A stretch of DNA of 40,567 nt from positions 1 through 40,567 of the forward strand of contig JAISDC010000230.1 of NCBI GenBank assembly GCA_031265105.1. Direction: 5' to 3'. The DNA is from Verrucomicrobiales bacterium. GTDB lineage: Bacteria > Verrucomicrobiota > Verrucomicrobiia > Methylacidiphilales > JAAUTS01. This document shows, in pieces, positions 28,028 to 36,314 of this stretch. A program made the translations under genes and the position numbers. Every line of letters starts with the position of its first letter. Position 1 is the stretch's first letter. Below the pieces are notes generated by a model. The model searched no databases. It had not been told where the DNA came from and was given only the letters and a program-made list of their open reading frames with translations.

Positions 28028-29074
28028 TTATTTTTCCTTGTTGCTCAGTTTAGTGGTTTGCTCCGCCAGTTCAATCGCCTGCTGTAATTTTTGCTCCAGT
28101 AATTTTTTTTCCGGCAACTGCGTCATGTATTCCGCCACTTTGATTTGTCCGGGATGGTCGAGCAGCAAATAGTTGATTTGCTCAGGCGATTTTTCGCTGC
28201 ACAAAATCAACCCCACGGGCGGGTTCTCGCCCTCCCTCAAATCGTTGCGTTCGAGCCAGCGCAAGTACAATTCCATTTGCCCCTTGTAATCGGCTTTGAA
28301 TTTTCCGAGCTTCAAATCAATCGCCACCAAACACCGCAAGCCGCGATGATAAAACAGCAAATCCAGGTAATAATCTTCATTGTCAATGACAAGTCGTTTT
28401 TGGCGGCCGACAAAGGTGAAATCCGCGCCCATTTCCACGATGAAATTTTGCAGGTTCCGCAAAATAGACGACTCCAAATCTTTCTCGCTGAAGGTGTCTT
28501 TTAAGCCTAGAAAATCGAGGAAATAGGGGTCGCGGAAAACCAAATCAGGCGTGAGTTTTTTCTCATTTTTCAGCGCAGCCAAATCATTGGTGATGGTCAG
28601 CGCCGGTTTTTTGCTAATCGCCGTCCGCTCGTAAAGCATACTGTCCACGCGCTCTTGCAACGTGCGAACACTCCAATGTTCGTGAATGCACATTTGCGTG
28701 TAAAAGTCACGTTTTAGGCTGTCTTCGATGTAAATGAGGTTGCGGATGTGTGTCCAGGTCAATTGTGCACTCAGTGAGTGCACAATTGGCTCTTCTAGAA
28801 CTAACTCATTGAACCTAATGAAGTTATGTAAATTTCTTTTTGAAAAACCCTGGCCGTAACGACGGGTTAGTTCCGCGCTCAACTCTTTGATAACGGTCTT
28901 GCCATAATCAGCTTTTTCGTGCTTCAAAACGCGGTCATTTATCTGCTTACCGATATGCCAATACAAAACCGTCAATTCACTGTTGACCGTAACGGCAACT
29001 TTGCGCCGCGCGCTGTCAATCAGCGAAACGATGGACTGAAGCAATTCGCTTCCGGTTGTTTGTATCTGGCTCAT
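28028..29074 (-). CDS. YhcG / DUF1016 family PD-(D/E)xK nuclease-domain protein
   Basis: VNSELTVLYWHIG, YGQGFSKRNL, LTWTH, WSVRTL, RDPYFLDFL, DLLFYHRGLRCLVAIDLK, GQMELYL and ENPPVGLILC. Confidence 0.94.
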   Translation of the reverse strand: MSQIQTTGSELLQSIVSLIDSARRKVAVTVNSELTVLYWHIGKQINDRVLKHEKADYGKTVIKELSAELTRRYGQGFSKRNLHNFIRFNELVLEEPIVHSLSAQLTWTHIRNLIYIEDSLKRDFYTQMCIHEHWSVRTLQERVDSMLYERTAISKKPALTITNDLAALKNEKKLTPDLVFRDPYFLDFLGLKDTFSEKDLESSILRNLQNFIVEMGADFTFVGRQKRLVIDNEDYYLDLLFYHRGLRCLVAIDLKLGKFKADYKGQMELYLRWLERNDLREGENPPVGLILCSEKSPEQINYLLLDHPGQIKVAEYMTQLPEKKLLEQKLQQAIELAEQTTKLSNKEK

Positions 29075-29095
29075 TTTTTAATCAATTTTTTCTTG

Positions 29096-29136
29096 TCATC
29101 GTCAGCGGCAGTGGAGTCGCTGAGGGTCACGAAATT
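29096..29136. repeat. 41-bp hairpin direct repeat, copy R3
   Basis: TCATCGTCAGCGGCAGTGGAGTCGCTGAGGGTCACGAAATT; 35/41 identical to R2. Confidence 0.9.
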
Positions 29137-29377
29137 ATTTTTTGTTTTTGTCACGTAAATATCCTTCAAATATCTCGGTTATGTTCCTGCCAATAAGCAC
29201 CGCCGACGCCAAAATGCTTATGCTAACCATTATTCCGACACAGGCTAACAGTGGATTACTTCGCCATGCCGTAACCCATGCAAACATAAAACTTCCTCCC
29301 ATGGCAAAAGCTCCAGATATTACCAGCCATTTCATAAACTTTGAGTTTTGAATGTTCATTTTTTGTCCGCTAATCAT
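29135..29377 (-). CDS. Small two-TM hypothetical membrane protein
   Basis: AT-rich 80-aa ORF filling the space between dnaK and R3, co-oriented with the operon, with two hydrophobic segments. Confidence 0.6.
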   Translation of the reverse strand: MISGQKMNIQNSKFMKWLVISGAFAMGGSFMFAWVTAWRSNPLLACVGIMVSISILASAVLIGRNITEIFEGYLRDKNKK

Positions 29378-29416
29378 GCTACTAGCTTTTGATTTGCGTG
29401 ATTAGCGGACTCTTGG

Positions 29417-31360
29417 TTATTTCTTCTTATCATCATCCACAATCTCCGCGTCAATCACATCATCGTCAGCGGACTTCGCCGACTGCGGCTCACCGTCAGC
29501 GGGCGCGGCACCGGCAGCGGCACCGCCATGTTGCGCGTTCACATTCGCGGACGCTTGCTTGTACAACTCCGTCGAAACCTCCTGAATCTTCACCGTCAGC
29601 GCCTCGGTCGCCGACTTGATAGCGTCGCTGTCCTCACCCTTGAGAGTCTCGCGCAACTTGCCGACCAAATCCTCAACAGCCTTCTTGCCGTCCTCGCCAA
29701 TCTTGTCACCATTATCCTTCACCAACTTCTCCGCCTGGAACGCCAAGTTGTCGCCCTGATTGCGAATCTCCACCTTCTCCTTCGCCTTCTTGTCATCCTC
29801 AGCGTGCGCCTCGGCCTCCTTCACCATCCGCTCAATCTCGCTCTTGTCCAACCCGCTGCTGCCGGTGATGGAAATCTTCTGCTCCTTGTTCGTCCCCAAA
29901 TCCTTGGCGCTGACGTTGAGGATGCCGTTGGCGTCAATGTCAAACGTCACCTCGATTTGCGGCACCCCGCGCGGCGCCGGCGGAATGCCATCCAGATGAA
30001 ACTTGCCCAGCGACTTGTTATCGCGCGACAACGGCCGCTCGCCCTGCAAAATGTGAATTTCCACGCCCGGCTGACTGTCCGACGCCGTGCTGAACACATT
30101 GTTCTTCTTGGTCGGAATCGTCGTATTGCGCGGAATCATCGGCGTCGACTGGCCGCCTAACGTCTCAATACTCAGCGTCAGCGGCGTCACATCCAGCAAC
30201 AACACATCATCCACCTCGCCGCGCAACACACCGCCCTGCACCGCCGCGCCAATCGCGACCACCTCGTCCGGGTTCACGCCCTTGTGCGGCTCCTTGCCCA
30301 CGATGCGCCGCGCGATTTCCAAAATCTTCGGCATCCGCGTCATGCCGCCGACCAGCACCAATTCATTGATGCCACTGGCAGCGAGCTTCGCGTCGCGCAA
30401 ACACGCCTCGACCGGCTTGATGGTTCGCTCCGCCAGCGCCTCGGTCAGTTGCTCCAACTTCGCGCGCGTCAGCTTCAGTTGAATATGCTTCGGCCCGGTC
30501 TGGTCCGCCGTGATGAACGGCAAATTAATCTCGAACTCCTGCGACGACGACAGCGCGATTTTCGCCTTCTCCGCCTCCTCCTTGATGCGCTGCATGGCGT
30601 CCGACTGACTGTGCAAATCAATGCCGCTGTCCTTCTTGAACTCGCTGACGATGTGGTCAATCAGCGCGTTGTCCCAGTCATCGCCGCCGAGATGCGTGTC
30701 ACCGTTAGTGGCCAGCACCTCGAACACCCCGTCAGCGATGGACAACGCCGAAATATCGAACGTCCCGCCGCCGAGGTCATACACCGCGATTTTCTCATCC
30801 TTGGTCTTTTCGAGACCATAAGCCAACGACGCCGCCGTCGGCTCATTAATAATCCGCAACACCTCAAGCCCGGCAATCTTCCCCGCATCCTTCGTCGCGT
30901 GCCGCTGACTATCATTAAAATAAGCGGGCACCGTAATCACCGCCTGCGTAATCTTCTCGCCCAATTTCGCCTCAGCATCAGCCTTCAACTTGGACAAAAT
31001 AAAAGAAGAAATTTCCTCCGGCGTATAAACCTTCGCCTCCCCGCTGACCGTGACCTCCACCGCCGCCGCCCCATTCTTCCCCTCGACGACCTTATACGGC
31101 AACCGTTTAATCTCCTCCCCAATCTCCGAAAACTTCCGTCCAATCAACCGCTTCACCGAAAAAACCGTATTTTTTGAATTCGTCACCGCCTGACGTTTCG
31201 CCGCCTGTCCGACGAGTCGTTCCCCATTCTTAGTGAACGCCACCACCGACGGCGTAGTCCGCGCCCCCTCGGCATTCTCAAGAACGACCGCCTTCCCACC
31301 CTCCATAACCGCCATGCACGAATTAGTCGTGCCCAAATCAATACCCAAAACTTTACTCAT
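29417..31360 (-). CDS. dnaK: Molecular chaperone DnaK
   Basis: [45 protein letters not shown] and [15 protein letters not shown]. Confidence 0.99.
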   Translation of the reverse strand: MSKVLGIDLGTTNSCMAVMEGGKAVVLENAEGARTTPSVVAFTKNGERLVGQAAKRQAVTNSKNTVFSVKRLIGRKFSEIGEEIKRLPYKVVEGKNGAAAVEVTVSGEAKVYTPEEISSFILSKLKADAEAKLGEKITQAVITVPAYFNDSQRHATKDAGKIAGLEVLRIINEPTAASLAYGLEKTKDEKIAVYDLGGGTFDISALSIADGVFEVLATNGDTHLGGDDWDNALIDHIVSEFKKDSGIDLHSQSDAMQRIKEEAEKAKIALSSSQEFEINLPFITADQTGPKHIQLKLTRAKLEQLTEALAERTIKPVEACLRDAKLAASGINELVLVGGMTRMPKILEIARRIVGKEPHKGVNPDEVVAIGAAVQGGVLRGEVDDVLLLDVTPLTLSIETLGGQSTPMIPRNTTIPTKKNNVFSTASDSQPGVEIHILQGERPLSRDNKSLGKFHLDGIPPAPRGVPQIEVTFDIDANGILNVSAKDLGTNKEQKISITGSSGLDKSEIERMVKEAEAHAEDDKKAKEKVEIRNQGDNLAFQAEKLVKDNGDKIGEDGKKAVEDLVGKLRETLKGEDSDAIKSATEALTVKIQEVSTELYKQASANVNAQHGGAAAGAAPADGEPQSAKSADDDVIDAEIVDDDKKK

Positions 31361-31410
31361 AAAATAAACTCCTATAGCCGTAAGAAACGGCTGTTGTTGC
31401 CTACTATATC

Positions 31411-31426
31411 GCAAATGGCGTGCCAA
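31411..31426 (-). promoter_or_regulatory. Sigma-54 (-24/-12) promoter of dnaK-groESL
   Basis: Minus strand reads TTGGCACGCCATTTGC, matching TGGCAC-N5-TTGC, 50 nt upstream of the dnaK ATG. Confidence 0.8.
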
Positions 31427-31452
31427 GGTTGGTTTGAGAAAATAACGCTGAT

Positions 31453-31465
31453 AATCAACATGTTA
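31453..31465. promoter_or_regulatory. IHF-like binding site
   Basis: AATCAACATGTTA matches WATCAANNNNTTR and lies just upstream of the sigma-54 promoter. Confidence 0.55.
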
Positions 31466-31744
31466 TGAAATTCATGGCAAAATCCAAGTGCGACAATAAT
31501 AACGCACAAGAGACATAATGACCCTTTTAATAAGAGATGTACCTAACTCACGCACCCATTAAAGGGTGCGACCATAAATAAGACAATTTCCTTACTTAAA
31601 CCATTGTTTCAACTCACACATCCACGAAGGATATGACTTGACCACTTTAGCAGTTTTTTTTCAAAGGCAAGCGCCGAAATCTTATTGATAAATCGTCTGA
31701 TTTTTGTTTAATGGATTAAGGAAGGATAAGTAAATGGAAGCTAA

Positions 31745-32589
31745 AAATCTGTATATAATTTTAAGTATGTGTAACGTAAGTCGGATGAGGAAAGGTCGAC
31801 AGTACCCCAGTGATATCAGCCGAACGCAATTTGCGGAGATCAAACCACTATTGGAAAGCGCACGGAAAAAGACCCGCCCACGCGAGGTGGATTTATACGA
31901 AGTGTTCTGTGCGGTGCTGTATGTGCTGCGCAGTGGGTGCCAGTGGCGGATGCTTCCCGATGGGTTCCCCAAGTGGCGCACGGTTTATTCCTACTGGCAA
32001 ATCTGGAATGCCGTTAACGATACTGAGAGCCTGTTACCACAGGCCCTTAAAAAAATCGGTTGGCGCGGCCCGCGTTCGCCTTGGGCGCAACGCCCAGCCC
32101 AGCCTACTAATCATTGACGCCCAGCGCGTGCAGAACACCGACAGCGCCAGACACAAGGGGTATGACGCTGGCAAAAAGGTTGCCGGTAGCAAACGCCATC
32201 TGGCGGTGAATACGCAAGGTTTGCCACATGGCCTCATTGTCACCACCGCCAATGTCACCGACCGCCACGGTGCCACCAAACTGCTGTGCCAGCAACGCAC
32301 CGAGTTACAGTCCATCCACACCAGCCTGACCGATAGCGGCTACAGTGGCACCACTTTCGCCCAGGCGGTCAACCAATGGCTACCACACGCCAAGGTGCAA
32401 ATCGTCAAGCGTTTGGAGCAAGCTACTTTCGTGGTGTTGCCCAAACGCTGGATTGTCGAGCGCACCTTTGCCTGGCAGGATAAACATCGCCGCCGCTGGA
32501 AAAACTGCGAATGCCTCCTCAACTCTTCACTCCAATTCGCCATCCTCGTCCTGTTCGCTTTGCTCCTCAATAGATTATGAACAGGCTCT
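31745..32589 (+). mobile_element. IS5-family insertion sequence with degenerate terminal IRs
   Basis: Left TAAAAATCTGTATATAATT versus right (reverse complement) TAAGAGCCTGTTCATAATC, 13/19 match. TAA on both flanks. Confidence 0.8.
31785..32580 (+). CDS. IS5-family transposase in two frames (probable -1 frameshift)
   Basis: YPSDIS, VLYVLRSGCQWRMLP, A7 tract at 32049-32055 (LKK/SVG), IIDAQ, GYDAGKKVAGSKRH, DSGY and KRWIVERTFAW. Confidence 0.88.
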
Positions 32590-32732
32590 TAAAGTTTTTG
32601 CCGAGAGACGTACATCTCCCTTCCGCTGACGATATATTTCACCATCAGCGGCTAAAATGCCGCTGAGCATCTTCCCGCGCCATACGAAAAAGACTTTGCA
32701 CGGCGAAGGGGGGTGCGGTAGGTTAACAAGTC

Positions 32733-33014
32733 ATGAAACTCGTTGAAGCCAAGCCGTTGAAAGATTACCGGCTGTTCCTGCATTATTCCGACGGCACGGC
32801 GGGCGTGGTGGACTTGTCGCCGCTGGTCGGGCGCGGGGTGTTTGCCGCTTGGTTGCAACCGGAAAATTTCGCGCAAGTCACTCTCAGCGAGGACGGCGCG
32901 CCGGTATGGGCGGGTGAGATTGATTTGTGCCCCGACGCTTTGTATTTGCAACTGACCGGCCGGCGACCGGAGGAGATGTTTCCCAACCTTAACCTGAGAT
33001 TGGTCCGTGCCTGA
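32733..33014 (+). CDS. DUF2442 domain protein
   Basis: YRLFLHYSDGTAGVVDLS...GVF...W..EIDLCPDALY. Confidence 0.88.
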   Translation: MKLVEAKPLKDYRLFLHYSDGTAGVVDLSPLVGRGVFAAWLQPENFAQVTLSEDGAPVWAGEIDLCPDALYLQLTGRRPEEMFPNLNLRLVRA

Positions 33015-33267
33015 GATTGCCAGATTTTACGGTTTGGTGATCCGCCTGTATTACGGCGACCATTTGCCGCCGCACTTTCACGTGAGTTACGCGGGGCACG
33101 ACGCCAAGGTTGACATTGACACGCTGTCTGTGTTTGACGGCAAACTGCCGCCGCGCGCGCTGGGGTTGGCGATAGAGTGGGCGAGTTTGCATCAGGATGA
33201 ATTGCGCGCCGCCTTCCGCCAAGCTGCGGCGAATCAGTTGCCGCCGAAGATTAAGCCGCTGCCGTGA
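33007..33267 (+). CDS. DUF4160 domain protein
   Basis: MPEIARFYGLVIRLY..DHLPPHFHV.Y...EWASLHQDEL...IKPL. Confidence 0.9.
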   Translation: MPEIARFYGLVIRLYYGDHLPPHFHVSYAGHDAKVDIDTLSVFDGKLPPRALGLAIEWASLHQDELRAAFRQAAANQLPPKIKPLP

Positions 33268-33341
33268 AGAAAGGAGGCAGCGGTCATTATATGTTGCCAA
33301 ACCACTCCCGCTGACCGTGCCCTTCACCATCAGCGACATCG

Positions 33342-34397
33342 TCACGATGGAAGATTTTCCAGCAAAACACTCAGCGACACGTCAAGAAACCCATCGTCAC
33401 CGTCAGCGGCGAAAATCACGCGGTCTTGCGGGCCGTCGGGCAGAAAGGCGCTGTCGGTGAGTGTTGCGTGGAACCAGCACACCACCGGCGTGTTCATCAT
33501 TTGCGCGACATGGATGCCGCCGCTGTCGCCGCCGACGTGCAGTTTGGCGCGCGCGATGACCGCGGCGAGTTCGGCGACGTCAAGCTCGCCGGCAAAAATT
33601 TTCCACGGCGTGAAATCCAGCAGCGCCAGCAGCCGGCGGGTTTTCTCCGCCTCGCGCGCGGTCGGGGCGGTGGAGATGACCAGCGGCATGTCAGGCCGCT
33701 GACGGTGAAACTGGTTCAAAAACGCGGCGAGTCGCGCGGGCTGCGGCTCGCGCCGGTCAGCGGTGGTGAACGGGCTGAGATGCATGAAACCGCGTTGGCC
33801 GCCGAGCAATCGGTCAACGCGCCGCTCAACGTCAGCGGGCACGGTCACGTCGAAACGCCGCGCGGCGCTGACGGCGAGGCCGGCGTTTTGCAGAAACCGC
33901 AAATGCAGCCGCCACGCGCTCATGCCGCGGTGCGGTGATTCGGCGCGATGGTTGAAACACAGCCGCCAATGCAACGGCGGGCGCTGACGGTGAGGATGGC
34001 GCGGATAAAACGGCACGCGCCCCAGCCGCAGCGGCGCGCCGGTGGCGAGCGTCAGCCACGCGGCGCGGTCTTGCGCCGCAAAGCTGATGGTGACGTCGAA
34101 TTTTTCCCGGCGCAATTCCAGCAGCAGCGGCAGCGATTGCCACAGCGGCGGCGACTTGGGAAAACGCGGATACCCCCGCGCCCGGTCAATCCACGGACAC
34201 AGCCGCAACAGTTCGACGACATGCGCCGCCGTGATAACCTGCAATTCCGCGCGCGGCCAGAAATCCCGCAACGCGCGCAACGCCGGCAGCGTGTGCACCG
34301 TGTCGCCGAGGAAGCCGAGGTCAATCACCGCGACCTTGCGCGCGGCGCGGGCCAGCTGGAAAAAATTTCGCGCGCTACCTGGTAACGGCTGGCACAT
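33342..34397 (-). CDS. Glycosyltransferase family 9 (heptosyltransferase-like)
   Basis: GFLGDTVHTLPAL, LRREKFD and GGDSGGIHVA. Confidence 0.9.
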   Translation of the reverse strand: MCQPLPGSARNFFQLARAARKVAVIDLGFLGDTVHTLPALRALRDFWPRAELQVITAAHVVELLRLCPWIDRARGYPRFPKSPPLWQSLPLLLELRREKFDVTISFAAQDRAAWLTLATGAPLRLGRVPFYPRHPHRQRPPLHWRLCFNHRAESPHRGMSAWRLHLRFLQNAGLAVSAARRFDVTVPADVERRVDRLLGGQRGFMHLSPFTTADRREPQPARLAAFLNQFHRQRPDMPLVISTAPTAREAEKTRRLLALLDFTPWKIFAGELDVAELAAVIARAKLHVGGDSGGIHVAQMMNTPVVCWFHATLTDSAFLPDGPQDRVIFAADGDDGFLDVSLSVLLENLPS

Positions 34398-34400
34398 TAT

Positions 34401-35192
34401 TCACACCCAACCGAGTTCAATGTTATCCGCCCCGGCTTCACTGATGATGTGCCGCAGCCGTTGCAAGCGGTCCTCCTGGTCGGAGAAAAATTTCTCGTGC
34501 GTTTCCACCACGATATGCCGCGCCAACCGGTAAACCTGCTCGGTTATGAGTCGCTCCACCACCTCAAACTCGCTGCCCTCAATATCCATTTTTATCAACC
34601 AAATCGGCGGCTGGGCCGCCTGACTGCCGGCGCCGAATTCCTGTTTGAGAAACCTGGCGAAGTCCATGACTTGCACCGTGTCATAGGACTGTGCCTGCTC
34701 CCGCCGCTGACGCTGCCACAGCGAGCCGTCCTCATAAGTGGCGCCCGGATTGTCATGGGTGTCGGCCGGCAGGTAAAATTTTGCCGTGCCGTCACTTGCG
34801 CCCAAGGCCGCCTTAAACAACTGTACCCGCCGGTTGCCGGCATATTTGCGCGACAAAAAATTAAACAGCACGGTGTTAGGCTCAAACGCGTAGGAGCTGC
34901 CGCCCTGATGCAATACCGCGTCGGTAAACTTGCCGACATTGGCGCCGCAATCGATGCACACCGCGCCCGGCGGCATTTTATAAAACAGATGATAAAACCG
35001 CCTGGGCACGTGCAGGTTCCACAGTTTCAATTCCAACCCGCCGAACCCGTGCGGATCGGCGATGGCGGCGGCGGTCAGGCGCGGCAATTCAAGTTTGTCG
35101 CGTTTATTGGCATTCCAACTGGCCACTCGGATGCCGCAAATATAAAGCCGTTTCCGTCCTCCCGGAAAAATAGCTTTTTTAAATAATTTCAT
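34401..35192 (-). CDS. FkbM-family methyltransferase
   Basis: IDCGANVG, YAFEPN, IKMDIEGSE and VETHE. Confidence 0.9.
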   Translation of the reverse strand: MKLFKKAIFPGGRKRLYICGIRVASWNANKRDKLELPRLTAAAIADPHGFGGLELKLWNLHVPRRFYHLFYKMPPGAVCIDCGANVGKFTDAVLHQGGSSYAFEPNTVLFNFLSRKYAGNRRVQLFKAALGASDGTAKFYLPADTHDNPGATYEDGSLWQRQRREQAQSYDTVQVMDFARFLKQEFGAGSQAAQPPIWLIKMDIEGSEFEVVERLITEQVYRLARHIVVETHEKFFSDQEDRLQRLRHIISEAGADNIELGWV

Positions 35193-35232
35193 AAATATTC
35201 TTTCCTGAATTCATGTTGCACTCCCGTCGCCG

Positions 35233-36045
35233 CTAAAAATTATCAGGTTGCTCCAATCTTTTGTTATAGCGCGCGTTAAATGCCGCCGCCTTGATCCGGC
35301 GCCACCAGTACGCCGGTAATCCCGTGTTGATATAACGCCGGAAAAAACGCCCGATGGTTTTGCGATTGGCCGGCAAACGGCGAACGCGTTCACGTTCGTT
35401 ACCGATGGAGCTGGTTTCGCTGACTGTATCAGTGCCGATGACATACGGCACCAGTGTCCGCGCGCGCATAATGCCGTAGGCGCGAAATTGCAGCCACTGG
35501 TCGGCAACCTGCCACACCGGATGCAACGCCGCCACCATCCGGCGCGCGGCGGCATTGGTAATAAAATAGCCGTGCGTGCCGCCGCAATGTTTGGCGCGAA
35601 TCTCCGCGACCAGGTGCGTGTCGTCCACCGGCCGCGCGCCGCGTTGCGCGTAATGTCGTATGTAGGTCAGCAGAATCAACGCCTCACGGTCAGCGGGATA
35701 AAGTCGCCGCAACTTTTCCACCACCGGCAGTGTCTCCGGTTTCAATTTGGCATCGTCCTCCAAAATCAGCGCGTGACCGATGTCTGCGGCAAGCATCCGC
35801 CGGTAGATATTCAAATGACTAAGCGCGCAGCCAATTTCCGGCAAACTCAGGTCGTTGCCATAACGCAGCGCCTTCCGGCGGTCATAGTTTGCCGCCAGCT
35901 CCGCCGCTGACAGTGAGCGAACGTCCACCGCCGCGACGAGTTCAAACGGTATGCCGAGTGCCGCGAGATGTCGCGTAATGTATTCGCGCCGCGCTGACGC
36001 TGACGCAAGATTGATAACCAAACATTTGACCGCGCCGCGGTTCAC
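35233..36045 (-). CDS. Glycosyltransferase family 25 (start uncertain; frame open to 36081)
   Basis: LVINL...RR, EIGCALSH, ALILEDD and GTHGYFIT. Confidence 0.9.
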   Translation of the reverse strand: MNRGAVKCLVINLASASARREYITRHLAALGIPFELVAAVDVRSLSAAELAANYDRRKALRYGNDLSLPEIGCALSHLNIYRRMLAADIGHALILEDDAKLKPETLPVVEKLRRLYPADREALILLTYIRHYAQRGARPVDDTHLVAEIRAKHCGGTHGYFITNAAARRMVAALHPVWQVADQWLQFRAYGIMRARTLVPYVIGTDTVSETSSIGNERERVRRLPANRKTIGRFFRRYINTGLPAYWWRRIKAAAFNARYNKRLEQPDNF

Positions 36046-36277
36046 GGGGCGCCTCCGCTGACGGTGACTTTGTCTGACCAATGATTATTGCCATTGAACC
36101 GGCGAAATGCCGCCGCGTCGCGGAATGGAACTGCCGGTACCCGGCCCGTCATGGCATATCGTCTTGATTGAGGCGCGACCATTTATCACTACATTTTTTA
36201 TCACGGCTTCGATTTATATCAAGCGCGTCATAACTGCCATTTGCTTGCGGCTGCCATGCCAGCCAAACAAATACCCG

Positions 36278-36305
36278 TTGACGGAATGACTTTTTACAGT
36301 ACAAT
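36278..36305 (+). promoter_or_regulatory. Sigma-70-type promoter of the NlpC/P60 gene (near-leaderless)
   Basis: TTGACG, 16-nt spacer, TACAAT; ends 9 nt before the GTG start. Confidence 0.5.
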
Positions 36306-36314
36306 CAGTAATAA

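Noticed and set aside
27028-29136. R1-R3 as a CRISPR array or integron attC sites
   Set aside because: Spacing is about 1 kb with whole genes between and there are no cas genes. No RYYYAAC/GTTRRRY box pair or intI is present in the window.
31361-31740. CIRCE (HrcA operator) upstream of dnaK or groES
   Set aside because: No TTAGCACTC-N9-GAGTGCTAA found by eye.
36043-36153. 36-aa minus-strand ORF overlapping the GT25 start
   Set aside because: Too short, with no recognisable features or clear ribosome-binding site.
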